The position numbers and the translations under genes were made by a program. Source: Alphaproteobacteria bacterium (GTDB taxonomy: Bacteria > Pseudomonadota > Alphaproteobacteria > UBA7887). From it: a stretch of DNA of 64,000 nt. Under the pieces are notes generated by a model. The model did no database searches. It worked only from the letters and a program-made list of their open reading frames with translations, and was not told the DNA's origin. Location of the stretch: the NCBI GenBank assembly GCA_965216755.1, contig CBDCGL010000011.1:2048001-2112000 (forward strand), given 5' to 3'. Positions 19,008 through 28,650 of the stretch are shown piece by piece. The stretch's first letter is position 1. Each line of letters opens with the position of its first letter.

Positions 19008-20357
19008 ATGACACGACGACACAGTATCGGCCGCCGTCGTTTCATCGGTACAGCGACAGCGGTAGCGGCGGTCGCAATTGCGGCACCCTATGTCAAAACA
19101 ACCCATTCTGCTGGTCAATTGGCATTGGGCGTACAGGACCACTGGATACCCGGCGTCAACGACGTCGTTGCGCGAATTTGTAACGATTGGGGACGCGCGA
19201 ACAATGTCGGCATCAGCGTCGATTTCATCACTAGCGTCGGCAACAAACTGGCTTTGACGGCACAGGCGGAAGCGCGCGCGGGCATCGGCCACGACATCTA
19301 TCAAATGGGCTTATGGGGCCCCAGCATCCAAAGAACGAAGTTGGAACCCTTGGACGACGTCATTGCCGATATCGAAGCCTCTGTCGGCCCCATCGACGCC
19401 GCAGCGAAATACTGCTTCTACATTGATGGTGCGTGGCGTTCCTCACCCGTGGCCGTGATGGGGCAGACCCATGCTTTCAATAGCCGCATCGATCATTTTC
19501 GAGAATTCGCCGGCATCGACCTGACCGACATGTTTCCGGCCGGCCCCCGCGACGCCGACAAAACCGCGGCTTGGACCTATGATGGGCTTCTGTCCGCGGC
19601 TCAAAAGACTCACGCCGCGGGCCATGGATTTGGAGCGGCCTTGTCGCCGACTCCTGATGCCACATTTTGGCTTTCGCCCCTGTTTGCAGCGTTTGGCGCG
19701 GTATTGGTCGACGCCAATCGCGACATCACGGTGGACAGTGACGAAACGCGCGCCGTGCTCGCATATATGAAAGAACTCAGTCAGTTCATGCCCGACACGG
19801 TTTATGCGTGGGATGATGCCAGCAACAATCGTTGGATTCTCTCGGGCAACGGTTCCGCGGTGATCAATCCGCCAAGTCCCTGGGCAGTCGCGAAACGCGA
19901 CCGACCAGACATTGCACCGCTGATTTGGCATCACGATTTGCCTGCCGGTCCGCGTGGCCGGTTCCGCCATTTGATACCGAACGGTTGGGGCATTTGGCAC
20001 TTCTCGGAAAACAAGGAAGCCGCCAAGGATTTGCTACGCCATGTGGCACAACGACACATCGTGGAAGAACTCGTCACCGCCAGCAACGGATATGAAGCGA
20101 TTATTTTCGACTCGTTTCGTGATTTTGGTGTCGTCGAAGCCGCCGCGCCGCCCGCCGGTACCCTGTACAACTATCCGACACGCGGCGATGAACAGCTCAT
20201 TCTTTGCGGCACCCCAGCGCCCAACGACGTCGCGGCCCAAATCTTCACCCAGGGCATCTACGGCAATCTAGTTTCGCGTGTTACCGCCGACAACGAAACG
20301 TTTGACGATGCGATATTGTGGGCCGAAGACGAACTGGCGGGGCTCTTGCGCACCTGA
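19008..20357 (+). CDS. ABC transporter substrate-binding protein (family 1) with Tat signal
   Basis: GRRRFI twin-arginine motif; DHWIPG, WDDASNNR, NPPSPWAVAKRD; no permease adjacent. Confidence 0.85.
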   Translation: MTRRHSIGRRRFIGTATAVAAVAIAAPYVKTTHSAGQLALGVQDHWIPGVNDVVARICNDWGRANNVGISVDFITSVGNKLALTAQAEARAGIGHDIYQMGLWGPSIQRTKLEPLDDVIADIEASVGPIDAAAKYCFYIDGAWRSSPVAVMGQTHAFNSRIDHFREFAGIDLTDMFPAGPRDADKTAAWTYDGLLSAAQKTHAAGHGFGAALSPTPDATFWLSPLFAAFGAVLVDANRDITVDSDETRAVLAYMKELSQFMPDTVYAWDDASNNRWILSGNGSAVINPPSPWAVAKRDRPDIAPLIWHHDLPAGPRGRFRHLIPNGWGIWHFSENKEAAKDLLRHVAQRHIVEELVTASNGYEAIIFDSFRDFGVVEAAAPPAGTLYNYPTRGDEQLILCGTPAPNDVAAQIFTQGIYGNLVSRVTADNETFDDAILWAEDELAGLLRT

Positions 20358-20417
20358 CCCGGATGCCACGCAGACCATAGCCACGCAATAATTTGCCGAA
20401 ACAGGGGAGATGCAGCC

Positions 20418-22091
20418 ATGGCCAGAATGTCGGGGGGTCGATTCATAGCGGAAACGTTTAAAAGTTACGGTATCACACACGTTTTCTTTATGCCGGTGAT
20501 CGCCCCCAGAGCTTTGTTGGAAATGGAGTCGCTCGGCATCAAACGAATCATGACCCATGGTGAAAAGCCTGCCGCCTACATGGCCGATGGTTATGCGCGG
20601 GTTAAACGCGGCGTCGGTATTTGCATGGCCCAATCGGTCGGTGCGGCAAACCTCGCCGCCGGTTTGCAGGATGCTTTTCTGGCCTGCACGCCCATCATCG
20701 CGATTACCGGGCGGCAAGTGCAGATCAATCAAAATCGCCACGCCTATCAAGAGATCGATCACATCAAACCCTACGACGCCGTCACCAAATACAACGTGCC
20801 GGTGACCGGATTGGATCAGCTTCCTTATGCCTTGCGGCATGCGTTTCGCGAGGCGACGACGGGAACACCCGGGCCGGTCCATTTGGACTTTGACGGATTC
20901 GTCGGCCAGCAAATCGCTGAACCGGAAGCCGACTTCGAGGTGATTGTCGAGGCCCCATTCACGCGGCTGCCGCCCTTCCGGCCGGAACCGGGGAAGGATC
21001 AGATTGAACACGCCGTGCGCCTACTCACCGAAGCGGCGCGCCCAGTCATTATCGCCGGCGGCGGGGTCGTCCAATCGGATGCCGGGCCGGAATTGGTCGC
21101 CATCGCGGAAAAGCTACAGATTCCGGTTGCCACGTCTCTCAACGCCAAAGAGACATTCCCCCACGATCACCCGCTCGCCGTTGGCGTGCCCGGTCAATAT
21201 TCGCGTGCCTGCGCTAACCAAACGGTCGCCGGGGCCGATTTGGTGTTTTTCGTTGGCAGCCACGCCGGCGGTCAAGTGACAAACGAATGGAACCTGCTGC
21301 GACCGGGCACGCCGGTCATGCAGCTCGATATCAACCCGTCGGAGTTGGGCCGTAACTTTGCACTGACTTTAGCGCTTCAGGGCGACGTCAAAGTGTCATT
21401 GGCCAAAATCATAGACCATGCAGAGGCGGTCACAACGCGCGCCGACTGGGTCGGCCGCGCCCAAGCCTTGGTCAAGACATGGCACGACGAGGTTTCGGTC
21501 CATCGAGACTCTGACGCGCTGCCCATGCGACCGGAACGTCTGTGTCGCGAGCTCTCCGACGCGCTCCCGCCCGATGCAATCCTGGTCTCCGACACCGGTC
21601 ATGCCGGCATTTGGACCGGAACCATGATCGACTTGAAACATCCGGGGCAAAGCTATGTGCGTTGTGCCGGATCGTTGGGATGGGGATTGCCTGCCGCGAT
21701 CGGTGCCAAATGTGCAGCGCCGCAGCGACCGGTGCTATGTTTCACCGGTGACGGCGGCATTTGGTATCACCTGAGCGAATTGGAAACAGCGGTAAAATAC
21801 GGCATTCATACTGTTACGATTGTCAACAACAACCATTCGCTCAATCAAGAAAAGGCTGTTAACGAACGCACATATGGCGGACAAACGCAAGGTTCCGATG
21901 ATTTGTGGGTCTTTCCTGATGCCGATTTCGCAAAAATCGGCGAGGCGATGGGCTGTTTTGGAATGACGGTGACCAAGCCCAGTGAACTGCCCCTAGCGCT
22001 GGAACAGGCTTTCGCCGCGAACAAGCCCGCGGTGATTGACGTCAAAACCGACATCGAGGGAATTGCGCCGCGCGCATGGCAACCGTCATGA
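20418..22091 (+). CDS. thiamine pyrophosphate-binding enzyme (acetolactate synthase-like)
   Basis: GEKPAAYMADGYAR, PGPVHL, GSLGWGLPAAIGA, GDGG...NNN ThDP motif. Confidence 0.92.
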   Translation: MARMSGGRFIAETFKSYGITHVFFMPVIAPRALLEMESLGIKRIMTHGEKPAAYMADGYARVKRGVGICMAQSVGAANLAAGLQDAFLACTPIIAITGRQVQINQNRHAYQEIDHIKPYDAVTKYNVPVTGLDQLPYALRHAFREATTGTPGPVHLDFDGFVGQQIAEPEADFEVIVEAPFTRLPPFRPEPGKDQIEHAVRLLTEAARPVIIAGGGVVQSDAGPELVAIAEKLQIPVATSLNAKETFPHDHPLAVGVPGQYSRACANQTVAGADLVFFVGSHAGGQVTNEWNLLRPGTPVMQLDINPSELGRNFALTLALQGDVKVSLAKIIDHAEAVTTRADWVGRAQALVKTWHDEVSVHRDSDALPMRPERLCRELSDALPPDAILVSDTGHAGIWTGTMIDLKHPGQSYVRCAGSLGWGLPAAIGAKCAAPQRPVLCFTGDGGIWYHLSELETAVKYGIHTVTIVNNNHSLNQEKAVNERTYGGQTQGSDDLWVFPDADFAKIGEAMGCFGMTVTKPSELPLALEQAFAANKPAVIDVKTDIEGIAPRAWQPS

Positions 22092-22912
22092 CCCGATGCG
22101 ACCGTCTAAAGAACAAGGCCGCGATTGTCACCGGCGCTGGTAAGCGCGGTGACTTGACGGGCACCGGCGAGGCGATATCCGTGTTGATGGCACGCGCCGG
22201 CGCTTCCGTATTGCTCGTCGACATGGATGTATTGCGCGCACGCAGAACATTGACCGCGATTGAGTCGGAAGGTGGTCGGGCCACCCTCTTCGAGGGCGAC
22301 GTCACCCGCGAACAGGATTGCCAGGCGATGGTCGCGGCGTGCGTGGCGAAATTCGGCGGGCTGGATATTTTGGTCAATAATGTCGCCACCGGCGGCACTG
22401 GCGTCGTTACGGATATAGATGTCGATGACTGGGATCGCACAATGGACATCAATCTGAAAAGCATGATGTTGTCCTGCAAATGTGCGGTGCCGCATATGGC
22501 CGCGAACGGCGGCGGGGCGATCATCAACATCGCATCGATCGACGGCATGCGAGCTGGTTGGGCGCGGAACGTCCCGTATAGCGTCTCCAAGGCCGGCGCC
22601 ATTTCGCTGACACAAGTCTTGGCCGTGCACCACGGACGCGACAAGATTCGTGTCAATTGCATCGCGCCAGGGCATATTTATGCGCCTTTTGTCAGCGCCA
22701 TCTCCGACACAAAGCGAGAGCAAAGACGTCGGGCCGGCCCGCTAGGCAGCGAAGGCAACGCTTGGGATGTCGCTTGGGCGGCCGTGTTTTTGGCCAGCGA
22801 AGAAGCACGTTGGATCTCCGGTGTCGTATTGCCAATCGATGCCGGACTGCTGGCGGCGACGCCGCTGGCGGTCTTCGACAACATCCTTGAAGGCAATGAT
22901 AAACACGTATAG
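22088..22912 (+). CDS. short-chain dehydrogenase/reductase
   Basis: TGAG, LVNNV, YSVSK catalytic YxxxK, IRVNCIAPG; ATGA overlap with the ThDP gene. Confidence 0.92.
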   Translation: MTRCDRLKNKAAIVTGAGKRGDLTGTGEAISVLMARAGASVLLVDMDVLRARRTLTAIESEGGRATLFEGDVTREQDCQAMVAACVAKFGGLDILVNNVATGGTGVVTDIDVDDWDRTMDINLKSMMLSCKCAVPHMAANGGGAIINIASIDGMRAGWARNVPYSVSKAGAISLTQVLAVHHGRDKIRVNCIAPGHIYAPFVSAISDTKREQRRRAGPLGSEGNAWDVAWAAVFLASEEARWISGVVLPIDAGLLAATPLAVFDNILEGNDKHV

Positions 22913-23746
22913 GTGGCGCAGATGGCGCACAAGTATCAGCCTGGCTTGATGTACCGCATGCCGATCGGCTACGGCCCGGCGATGGGCCCCCGGCAAGGAC
23001 CGGAGGGGCGCAAATTCTCGTGTGAAGACAATCCCAAAACGACGTCTCTGGCCGTGTCCTATCGCAGCGATGCCGCGCAGATTCAGGCTCTGTTGCCCGA
23101 GGGATTTGAACTCGATGGAGATCCCGTCGTTACTGTGCAAGCCAGTTACATGAAAGAGATCGAATGGCTGGCCGGGCGTGGCTACAACACCCTCGGCGTG
23201 ACATTCCCTGCCATGTATCAAGGCCGCGGCGAGAGTGTACGCGGCCCGTTCCTCAGCGTACTTTGGGAAAATCTAGCGGATCCCATTATTACCGGCCGCG
23301 AAGAACTCGGCTTCGCCAAAGTCTACTGCGAGTTGCCGGAACCCGACTTAGCGAGCGCCTCCGCACGCGCGACGGCAGGGTGGCAGGGGTTCGATTTCAT
23401 GAACATGGCCCTCAGCAACCTGCAGCGACGAGACCCGCCACCAGCCCCCAACAAGCCGATTGATGGCACTTTGCACTACAAATATATGCCACGCACCGGA
23501 TTTTGGACTGAACCGGATACGGCCTATGCGGTGTTAACACCCGCGCACACACCGAACCGAAAAATCGTTGAACGTTGGTCGGGCGATGGCACTGTTGCGT
23601 GGACTCGCGCCCGTTGGCAGGATTTGCCGACGCTCTACCCGATCGTCAACGCACTCGCGGACCTAGAGATCGTCGAGATCCTGTCGGCCACCTTAACCAA
23701 GACTATCGGCGGCAAGGATCTCAGCGATCAGAGAATTGTAGAATAG
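22913..23746 (+). CDS. acetoacetate decarboxylase family protein
   Basis: YRMPIGYGP, WLAGRGYN, PIITGREELGFAK containing the Schiff-base Lys motif. Confidence 0.82.
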   Translation: MAQMAHKYQPGLMYRMPIGYGPAMGPRQGPEGRKFSCEDNPKTTSLAVSYRSDAAQIQALLPEGFELDGDPVVTVQASYMKEIEWLAGRGYNTLGVTFPAMYQGRGESVRGPFLSVLWENLADPIITGREELGFAKVYCELPEPDLASASARATAGWQGFDFMNMALSNLQRRDPPPAPNKPIDGTLHYKYMPRTGFWTEPDTAYAVLTPAHTPNRKIVERWSGDGTVAWTRARWQDLPTLYPIVNALADLEIVEILSATLTKTIGGKDLSDQRIVE

Positions 23747-23769
23747 TGCACCCACCATATGTGCATCAG

Positions 23770-24534
23770 TCAGTGCGCATATTGTCGGTTGAGACGCTGC
23801 ATGCCCCTGATCCAACGATCGTAGTCTTCGGTTTTCCGACGCATATACGTTAGCACTTGCGGATGCGGCAAGACCAAGAACTGCTCGGCCTCGATCGCCC
23901 TGACGCAAGCGTCGGCGACCGCTTCGGGTTCGAGCATACCATCAATGCTTGCCACCGCATCTTCGTGACCGGCGGTCATGGCCGTGCGCACGGCTTGCGG
24001 GCACAGCACCGAGACTTTGATACCCTGATCGCCATAGGTGATCGCCAACCACTCGGCAAGGCCAACGGCCGCATGTTTGGTCACCGCATAGGGTGCCGAA
24101 CCAATCTGTGATAACACGCCGGCGGCCGATGCTGTGTTGAGCAAGTACCCGCCACCGCGTTCGATCATACGCGGTACGACATAGCGCGCCGCGAGCACAT
24201 GGGCCATCACATTGATGTCCCAAATTCGCTGCCACTGATCATTGCCGACGTCCGGGCCGCCGGGGATAGAGATTCCGGCATTGGAACAGAAAAGGTCGAT
24301 GGGGCCAATATCGCTCTCAACACGCTCGACAAGCTCGTGGATCTCGTCCTCGTCCGCGACGTCAACCCGGCGCGCAATTCCACCACATTGTGCCGCTACC
24401 GCCGACGCGCCATCGCCGTCTCGATCGACACAAACAACGTTTCGCACGCCTTCGGCACGAGCCCGGTGTGCCAGCGCGCGACCAATCCCGCTCGCCGCAC
24501 CGGTCACGACAACATTGCGGCCTGTCAGTTTCAT
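23770..24534 (-). CDS. short-chain dehydrogenase/reductase
   Basis: TGAASGIG, CSNAG, YAVTK, LCPQAVRT. Confidence 0.92.
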   Translation of the reverse strand: MKLTGRNVVVTGAASGIGRALAHRARAEGVRNVVCVDRDGDGASAVAAQCGGIARRVDVADEDEIHELVERVESDIGPIDLFCSNAGISIPGGPDVGNDQWQRIWDINVMAHVLAARYVVPRMIERGGGYLLNTASAAGVLSQIGSAPYAVTKHAAVGLAEWLAITYGDQGIKVSVLCPQAVRTAMTAGHEDAVASIDGMLEPEAVADACVRAIEAEQFLVLPHPQVLTYMRRKTEDYDRWIRGMQRLNRQYAH

Positions 24535-24607
24535 GGATGCTCGCCTTTTCTCAATCCCGGCCTCGCAAATACACACACGCGCGGCACGGTGCCATCAAGT
24601 GGAATCC

Positions 24608-25426
24608 TTACATCAGCGCGCCGCCAACATTGATCGCTTGTCCAGTCAAGTAGTCAGACTCTGGTGAAGCCAGCCATGCCGCGGTTCGCGCGATATCCTC
24701 CCCTTGGGCGACGCGGCCCAGGGGATTTGCCTTGGTCGCACGGGCAATCATTCGCGTCCGCATTTCGTCAACGCTCTGATCGTCCGGTTTAATGGCCTCG
24801 GCAATACCATACACCCGTTCGGTGTCGACCAAACCAGGGCAAATCGCATTGACGTTGATCTTATGCGGTCCCAGCTCATGCGCGAGCGATTGGGTCAGTC
24901 CAATCACGGCGAATTTCGACGCGCAATACGCGGCGAACTTTGCCACGCCGCGTTTGCCGGCAATCGATGAAATGTTGATAATCTTGCCACCGTCACCGCG
25001 ATCGATCATATGGCGCGCCACCGTGCGGCAACACAAAAACGTGCCCTTCACGTTAACCGCCTGCACTTTGTCGAACGCCGCTTCGTCAAGTTCCACAAGT
25101 GGTACGCGATCAGGCCCTGCGGGCGCCCCGGCATTGTTGACCAAGATATCGATCCGACCGAATGCCGCTAGCGCCCGATCAACCATGCGCTGCACGTCCT
25201 CAGCGTTGGATACATCGCCGGTCGCCGCCACCGCGCGCCGTCCGGTCGCTTCGACTTCAGCCACGACCGCCGCAACGCCACCCCAGCCTGCGCAACCGCC
25301 TTCGGTCAGATCGTTGACGACCACGGTCGCACCCTCCGCCGCCAGCCGCACCGCTATGGCACGACCAATGCCGTGCTCGCCGCCCGCACCCGTCACCAAC
25401 GCCACTTGTCCGTCAAGTCCGTACAC
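24608..25426 (-). CDS. short-chain dehydrogenase/reductase
   Basis: TGAGGEHGIG, VNNAG, YCASK, VNAICPG. Confidence 0.92.
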   Translation of the reverse strand: MYGLDGQVALVTGAGGEHGIGRAIAVRLAAEGATVVVNDLTEGGCAGWGGVAAVVAEVEATGRRAVAATGDVSNAEDVQRMVDRALAAFGRIDILVNNAGAPAGPDRVPLVELDEAAFDKVQAVNVKGTFLCCRTVARHMIDRGDGGKIINISSIAGKRGVAKFAAYCASKFAVIGLTQSLAHELGPHKINVNAICPGLVDTERVYGIAEAIKPDDQSVDEMRTRMIARATKANPLGRVAQGEDIARTAAWLASPESDYLTGQAINVGGALM

Positions 25427-25448
25427 GCTCCCCCCCCCAACGGCTGTA

Positions 25449-26534
25449 TCAATCCCGATAGGGATAGTCCCGGAACAACTCGGGTTTGAAATCTAGACCC
25501 AAGCCAGGACCGCTCGGCGGTACCAAGAAACCGTTTTCTGGCATCAGTGGTTGCACCCAAAGGTGATCGTACCAACCCATATATTCCAACCACGATGGAT
25601 TCGGGATCGAAGCCACCAAATGAGAACTCAGTTCTGGAAACACGTGCGGCGCGATCTTTAGACCTGCGCGATCGGCATGATCGGCAATCACGCGCAGTTC
25701 CGTATATCCGCCGCGCATCACGTCCGGCTGCAAGATCGGAATCTTACCGCTGGCAAAGAACGGTTTGAAGTCGTGGTGTGTGAAGTTGTTTTCGCCGCCG
25801 ACTACCGGTGTTTGAATGGCTTCGGCAATCTTATGGTAGCCGTCGAAGTCATCCGCCATAACCGGCTCTTCCAGCCAGCCGATACCGAATTGGTCCAGCT
25901 GTCGGCCGACCGTGATGGCCTCGTCAACCGTCCAGCCCTGATTCACGTCGACCAGAATGCCGATGTCGTCGCCAAGCGCCGCGCGCATGTCGCGCACATT
26001 GATCACATCCTCTTCATGCGTGAATTGATGGGCCACCTGCATCTTGATCGTCGTAAACCCTTGGGCAAGGTAACGCTCAGCCTTTTCGATCATGCCGTCA
26101 TGGCCCAGCCCTCGGAAACAACCCGAACCATAAATGGGCAACGGATCGGGTTGACCGCCCCACAGTTGCCACAGTGGTTTCATTTGGGCGCGCCCAACTG
26201 CGTCCCACAGCGCCATATCCACGGCCGACATGGCCATGACAGTGATCCCCATACGGCCCTGGATGAACGTGGCATTCCACATTTTGCGCCACAGTGCCGG
26301 CACGTCATCGGCGGCTTCGGCGATCAGCAGCGGCTTGAGCATCTCGTGGATGCACATTTCGATTGTACGCAGTCCGCCAGCAAGAGGATGCAAATGCCCG
26401 GTGCCGACGATGCCTGAATCCATCTCGATCTCGACAATCACGAGATCGATTTTCTCGAGCGTTAGAAACCCGGTTTTCGGCGGGTCGACAAAGGGCACCG
26501 CAAGCAAGTGTGTACGAATATCTTTGATCTTCAT
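25449..26534 (-). CDS. mandelate racemase/muconate lactonizing enzyme family protein
   Basis: AVDMALWD, KMQ, DVNQ, WLEEP, GGEN, QPDVMRGG, IAPH; start at ATG 26534 with GGGAAG RBS. Confidence 0.9.
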   Translation of the reverse strand: MKIKDIRTHLLAVPFVDPPKTGFLTLEKIDLVIVEIEMDSGIVGTGHLHPLAGGLRTIEMCIHEMLKPLLIAEAADDVPALWRKMWNATFIQGRMGITVMAMSAVDMALWDAVGRAQMKPLWQLWGGQPDPLPIYGSGCFRGLGHDGMIEKAERYLAQGFTTIKMQVAHQFTHEEDVINVRDMRAALGDDIGILVDVNQGWTVDEAITVGRQLDQFGIGWLEEPVMADDFDGYHKIAEAIQTPVVGGENNFTHHDFKPFFASGKIPILQPDVMRGGYTELRVIADHADRAGLKIAPHVFPELSSHLVASIPNPSWLEYMGWYDHLWVQPLMPENGFLVPPSGPGLGLDFKPELFRDYPYRD

Positions 26535-26550
26535 GGTTGCTTCCCTATCC

Positions 26551-26578
26551 CTAGAGCGGTGTCCGACAATATTGAACC
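26551..26578 (+). repeat. solo MITE terminal repeat
   Basis: CTAGAGCGGTGTCCGACAATATTGAACC; its 26553-26576 core is 23/24 identical to 27678-27701, and it is 26/28 identical to the reverse complement of 27950-27977. Confidence 0.85.
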
Positions 26579-26599
26579 GTGTACCGGTCGCTCGCTCGG

Positions 26600-27676
26600 T
26601 TAGGTGAGCAACGGTGCCCCATCCGCGCGGCGTTGCCGCGGTCGTCGGTCGCGGTGTGTCAGCATGTCGGCCGCCGTCCACCCCAATTGCCCATGCCGAC
26701 CGATTCCATAGCGCACGATTGATTCGTCGGAAAATTTTCGGATATCCGGCAGATCCAGCCAGATACGCATTAAGACACGCCGGCGGGCCATGTCAGGTTC
26801 TACGCGATGCGCGGCGCGGCCGTGCAGCACCGTGTAATTATTGCAAAATTGGATATCGCCGGCACCAAACGAAAATGCGAACCGTGCCTCATGTGCGACG
26901 GCGTCGAAGAACTCAAGCGCGTCCTTCTCATCCCTTGACAAGGAACGTTGACTGCGTTCGTACGCCGAAACGATCCAGTGTCTATTGTATCGACAACTGA
27001 CAATGCCATCAGTTTGACTGAACAAAGGGACACGATAACCTGTCGATGGAAGCTCGTCGACGCCATGCTCGTCCATACGGTCCCATTCGAAGCCGGCGTA
27101 AAGGCGATCCAACATCGACGGTTTGCGGCGCAAGATTTCATTGTACACCGTCATCGAACTTGCCACCCAACTTGGCGGGTCGTCGGGTGCCTGACGGACG
27201 CAAAGCAACGACACCACATCCATCAAATCCACGTGCAGTGGCGCCTCTTGGGGAAAGCCAACTCCGCGTTTCCCCTGACGGGGCCGGCGCGGCCCTTCGG
27301 TCACATAGTGGATTAGGCCGCCATCGGAATTTTGGCTGATGCCCGTGCCGACATGGCTGCACAAGCCCCAATACATCAGCTCGAGGTCTTCGAAGGAATA
27401 GTCCTCGACCGGAAATCCTTGCAGCAACGCAAAGCCCCGACCATCACGCAATTCATCAGCAACCCTGGCCAGCAATACAGTGACGCGCGGCAAGGGAAAA
27501 TCAGCGGCAGCAATCTCCGCAAGCGGCATTTCTCGTGCCTTGACGGCGGCTAGCGCCTCGGCCAGTTCGGCGCGATGAGCGGCGTTTAGGGTGTAACGCC
27601 ACGTTTCTTCACGCTCCAAGTCCGCCCCGCGCCATATGCTGGCGTCATCGATCGGCGTCATACGCATTTGGGTCAT
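26600..27676 (-). CDS. TauD/TfdA (CAS-like) Fe(II)/2-oxoglutarate dioxygenase
   Basis: GRGFALL, LHVD HxD motif, GDIQFCNNYTVLHGR, RVLMRIWL; start uncertain among three Met codons. Confidence 0.87.
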   Translation of the reverse strand: MTQMRMTPIDDASIWRGADLEREETWRYTLNAAHRAELAEALAAVKAREMPLAEIAAADFPLPRVTVLLARVADELRDGRGFALLQGFPVEDYSFEDLELMYWGLCSHVGTGISQNSDGGLIHYVTEGPRRPRQGKRGVGFPQEAPLHVDLMDVVSLLCVRQAPDDPPSWVASSMTVYNEILRRKPSMLDRLYAGFEWDRMDEHGVDELPSTGYRVPLFSQTDGIVSCRYNRHWIVSAYERSQRSLSRDEKDALEFFDAVAHEARFAFSFGAGDIQFCNNYTVLHGRAAHRVEPDMARRRVLMRIWLDLPDIRKFSDESIVRYGIGRHGQLGWTAADMLTHRDRRPRQRRADGAPLLT

Positions 27677-27977
27677 AAGAGCAGTGTCCGACAATATTGA
27701 ATCAATTCTGTTCGCCGCCCGGCGTGGCGATCCACGCGAAGGGCGGCGCCGCACGATGCCGGCGCATCGGGCAAGCCATCCGACCAATGTGGTCGTCCAC
27801 ATGGATTCCCATTGGGGAGCGCCCGCCGGTCGCGAACCCGCAGGGCCGGGCGCATTTTCGCCAATCTCGGCGTCGCTGTCCTTGGCTGTATATCCGATAC
27901 GCCCTGCCGACAGCGACTTGATCTTGGCGAAAATGCGCGCCGGCAGAATGGTTCAATATTGTTGGACACGGCTCTAG
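27676..27977. mobile_element. MITE (non-autonomous, about 300 bp)
   Basis: Terminal inverted repeats AGAGCAGTGTCCGACAATATTGAA (27678-27701) and TTCAATATTGTTGGACACGGCTCT (27952-27975), flanked by TAA/TAG; internal 15-bp inverted repeat GCGCATTTTCGCCAA/TTGGCGAAAATGCGC and several small hairpins; no credible ORF. Confidence 0.8.
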
Positions 27978-28202
27978 CATCCTCCGCAGTCTTACGTCCA
28001 TTGTCGAAGGCCCTAAACCACGATCATGATGGATCGCGCGCCCGACATCACCTGCCGATCTTGCATGCCTTTGACGCGAGCACGGTTAGGGTCGGTGTGG
28101 CGCGCGGTTTCGGGTCATCCGCCTGGTCCAAACCGCACGTCGATATCACCGCGCAGTGGGGTATAGTGGCGCCGTGAGGCATGTGAGATGGAGACAAGTG
28201 CG

Positions 28203-28472
28203 ATGGACGAAGTCAGCTTCAAACAGGCTCGCGAAGCCGAAGGTTATTCGGTATTCAAAGTCGTTAGGTGGGATCCGGATACGGTCAACGCCGTGCACAC
28301 CCACGATTTCGGCGCCCACATACTCGTTCTCGACGGCGAAATCACGGTGGTTACCGAAGATGGCCAGTCAACGATTTGTCGCGCTGGCGATACCTTCGCT
28401 TTGAACAGCGGCATACCCCACGCGGAAACCGTCGGACCGAACGGCGTGAAGATACTGAGCGCGCGCAAATAG
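28203..28472 (+). CDS. cupin domain protein
   Basis: HTHDF...LVLDGEI...AGDTF...GIPHAE cupin motifs; GGAG RBS. Confidence 0.88.
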   Translation: MDEVSFKQAREAEGYSVFKVVRWDPDTVNAVHTHDFGAHILVLDGEITVVTEDGQSTICRAGDTFALNSGIPHAETVGPNGVKILSARK

Positions 28473-28505
28473 GCGCGCCGCAAGTCGGAAAGGACCGGGA
28501 CGCCC

Positions 28506-28650
28506 AAGAAAAATGACGGCCGGGCCACTTCCGTCAGCGGGAGTCACGGAAATATGGCCCGGCCTCGGTCGTGGCAACAGTCTTGCACCGGGAGTGGAGT
28601 CAGGAGACTGAGATCAAGTAAGGCGAAGCGCCTGCGCCTCGCCACGAACA
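28506..28650 (-). ncRNA. candidate small RNA with two C-rich (ACUCCC) loop hairpins
   Basis: Minus strand stem CAGTCT/AGACTG around GACTCCACTCCCG; stem GGCCGGGCCA..TTCCGT/ACGGAA.TGGCCCGGCC around GACTCCCG; followed by TTTTTCTT. Confidence 0.5.

Noticed and set aside
20418-22091. ilvB/ilvI assignment
   Set aside because: No regulatory subunit or ilv context; left as a generic ThDP enzyme
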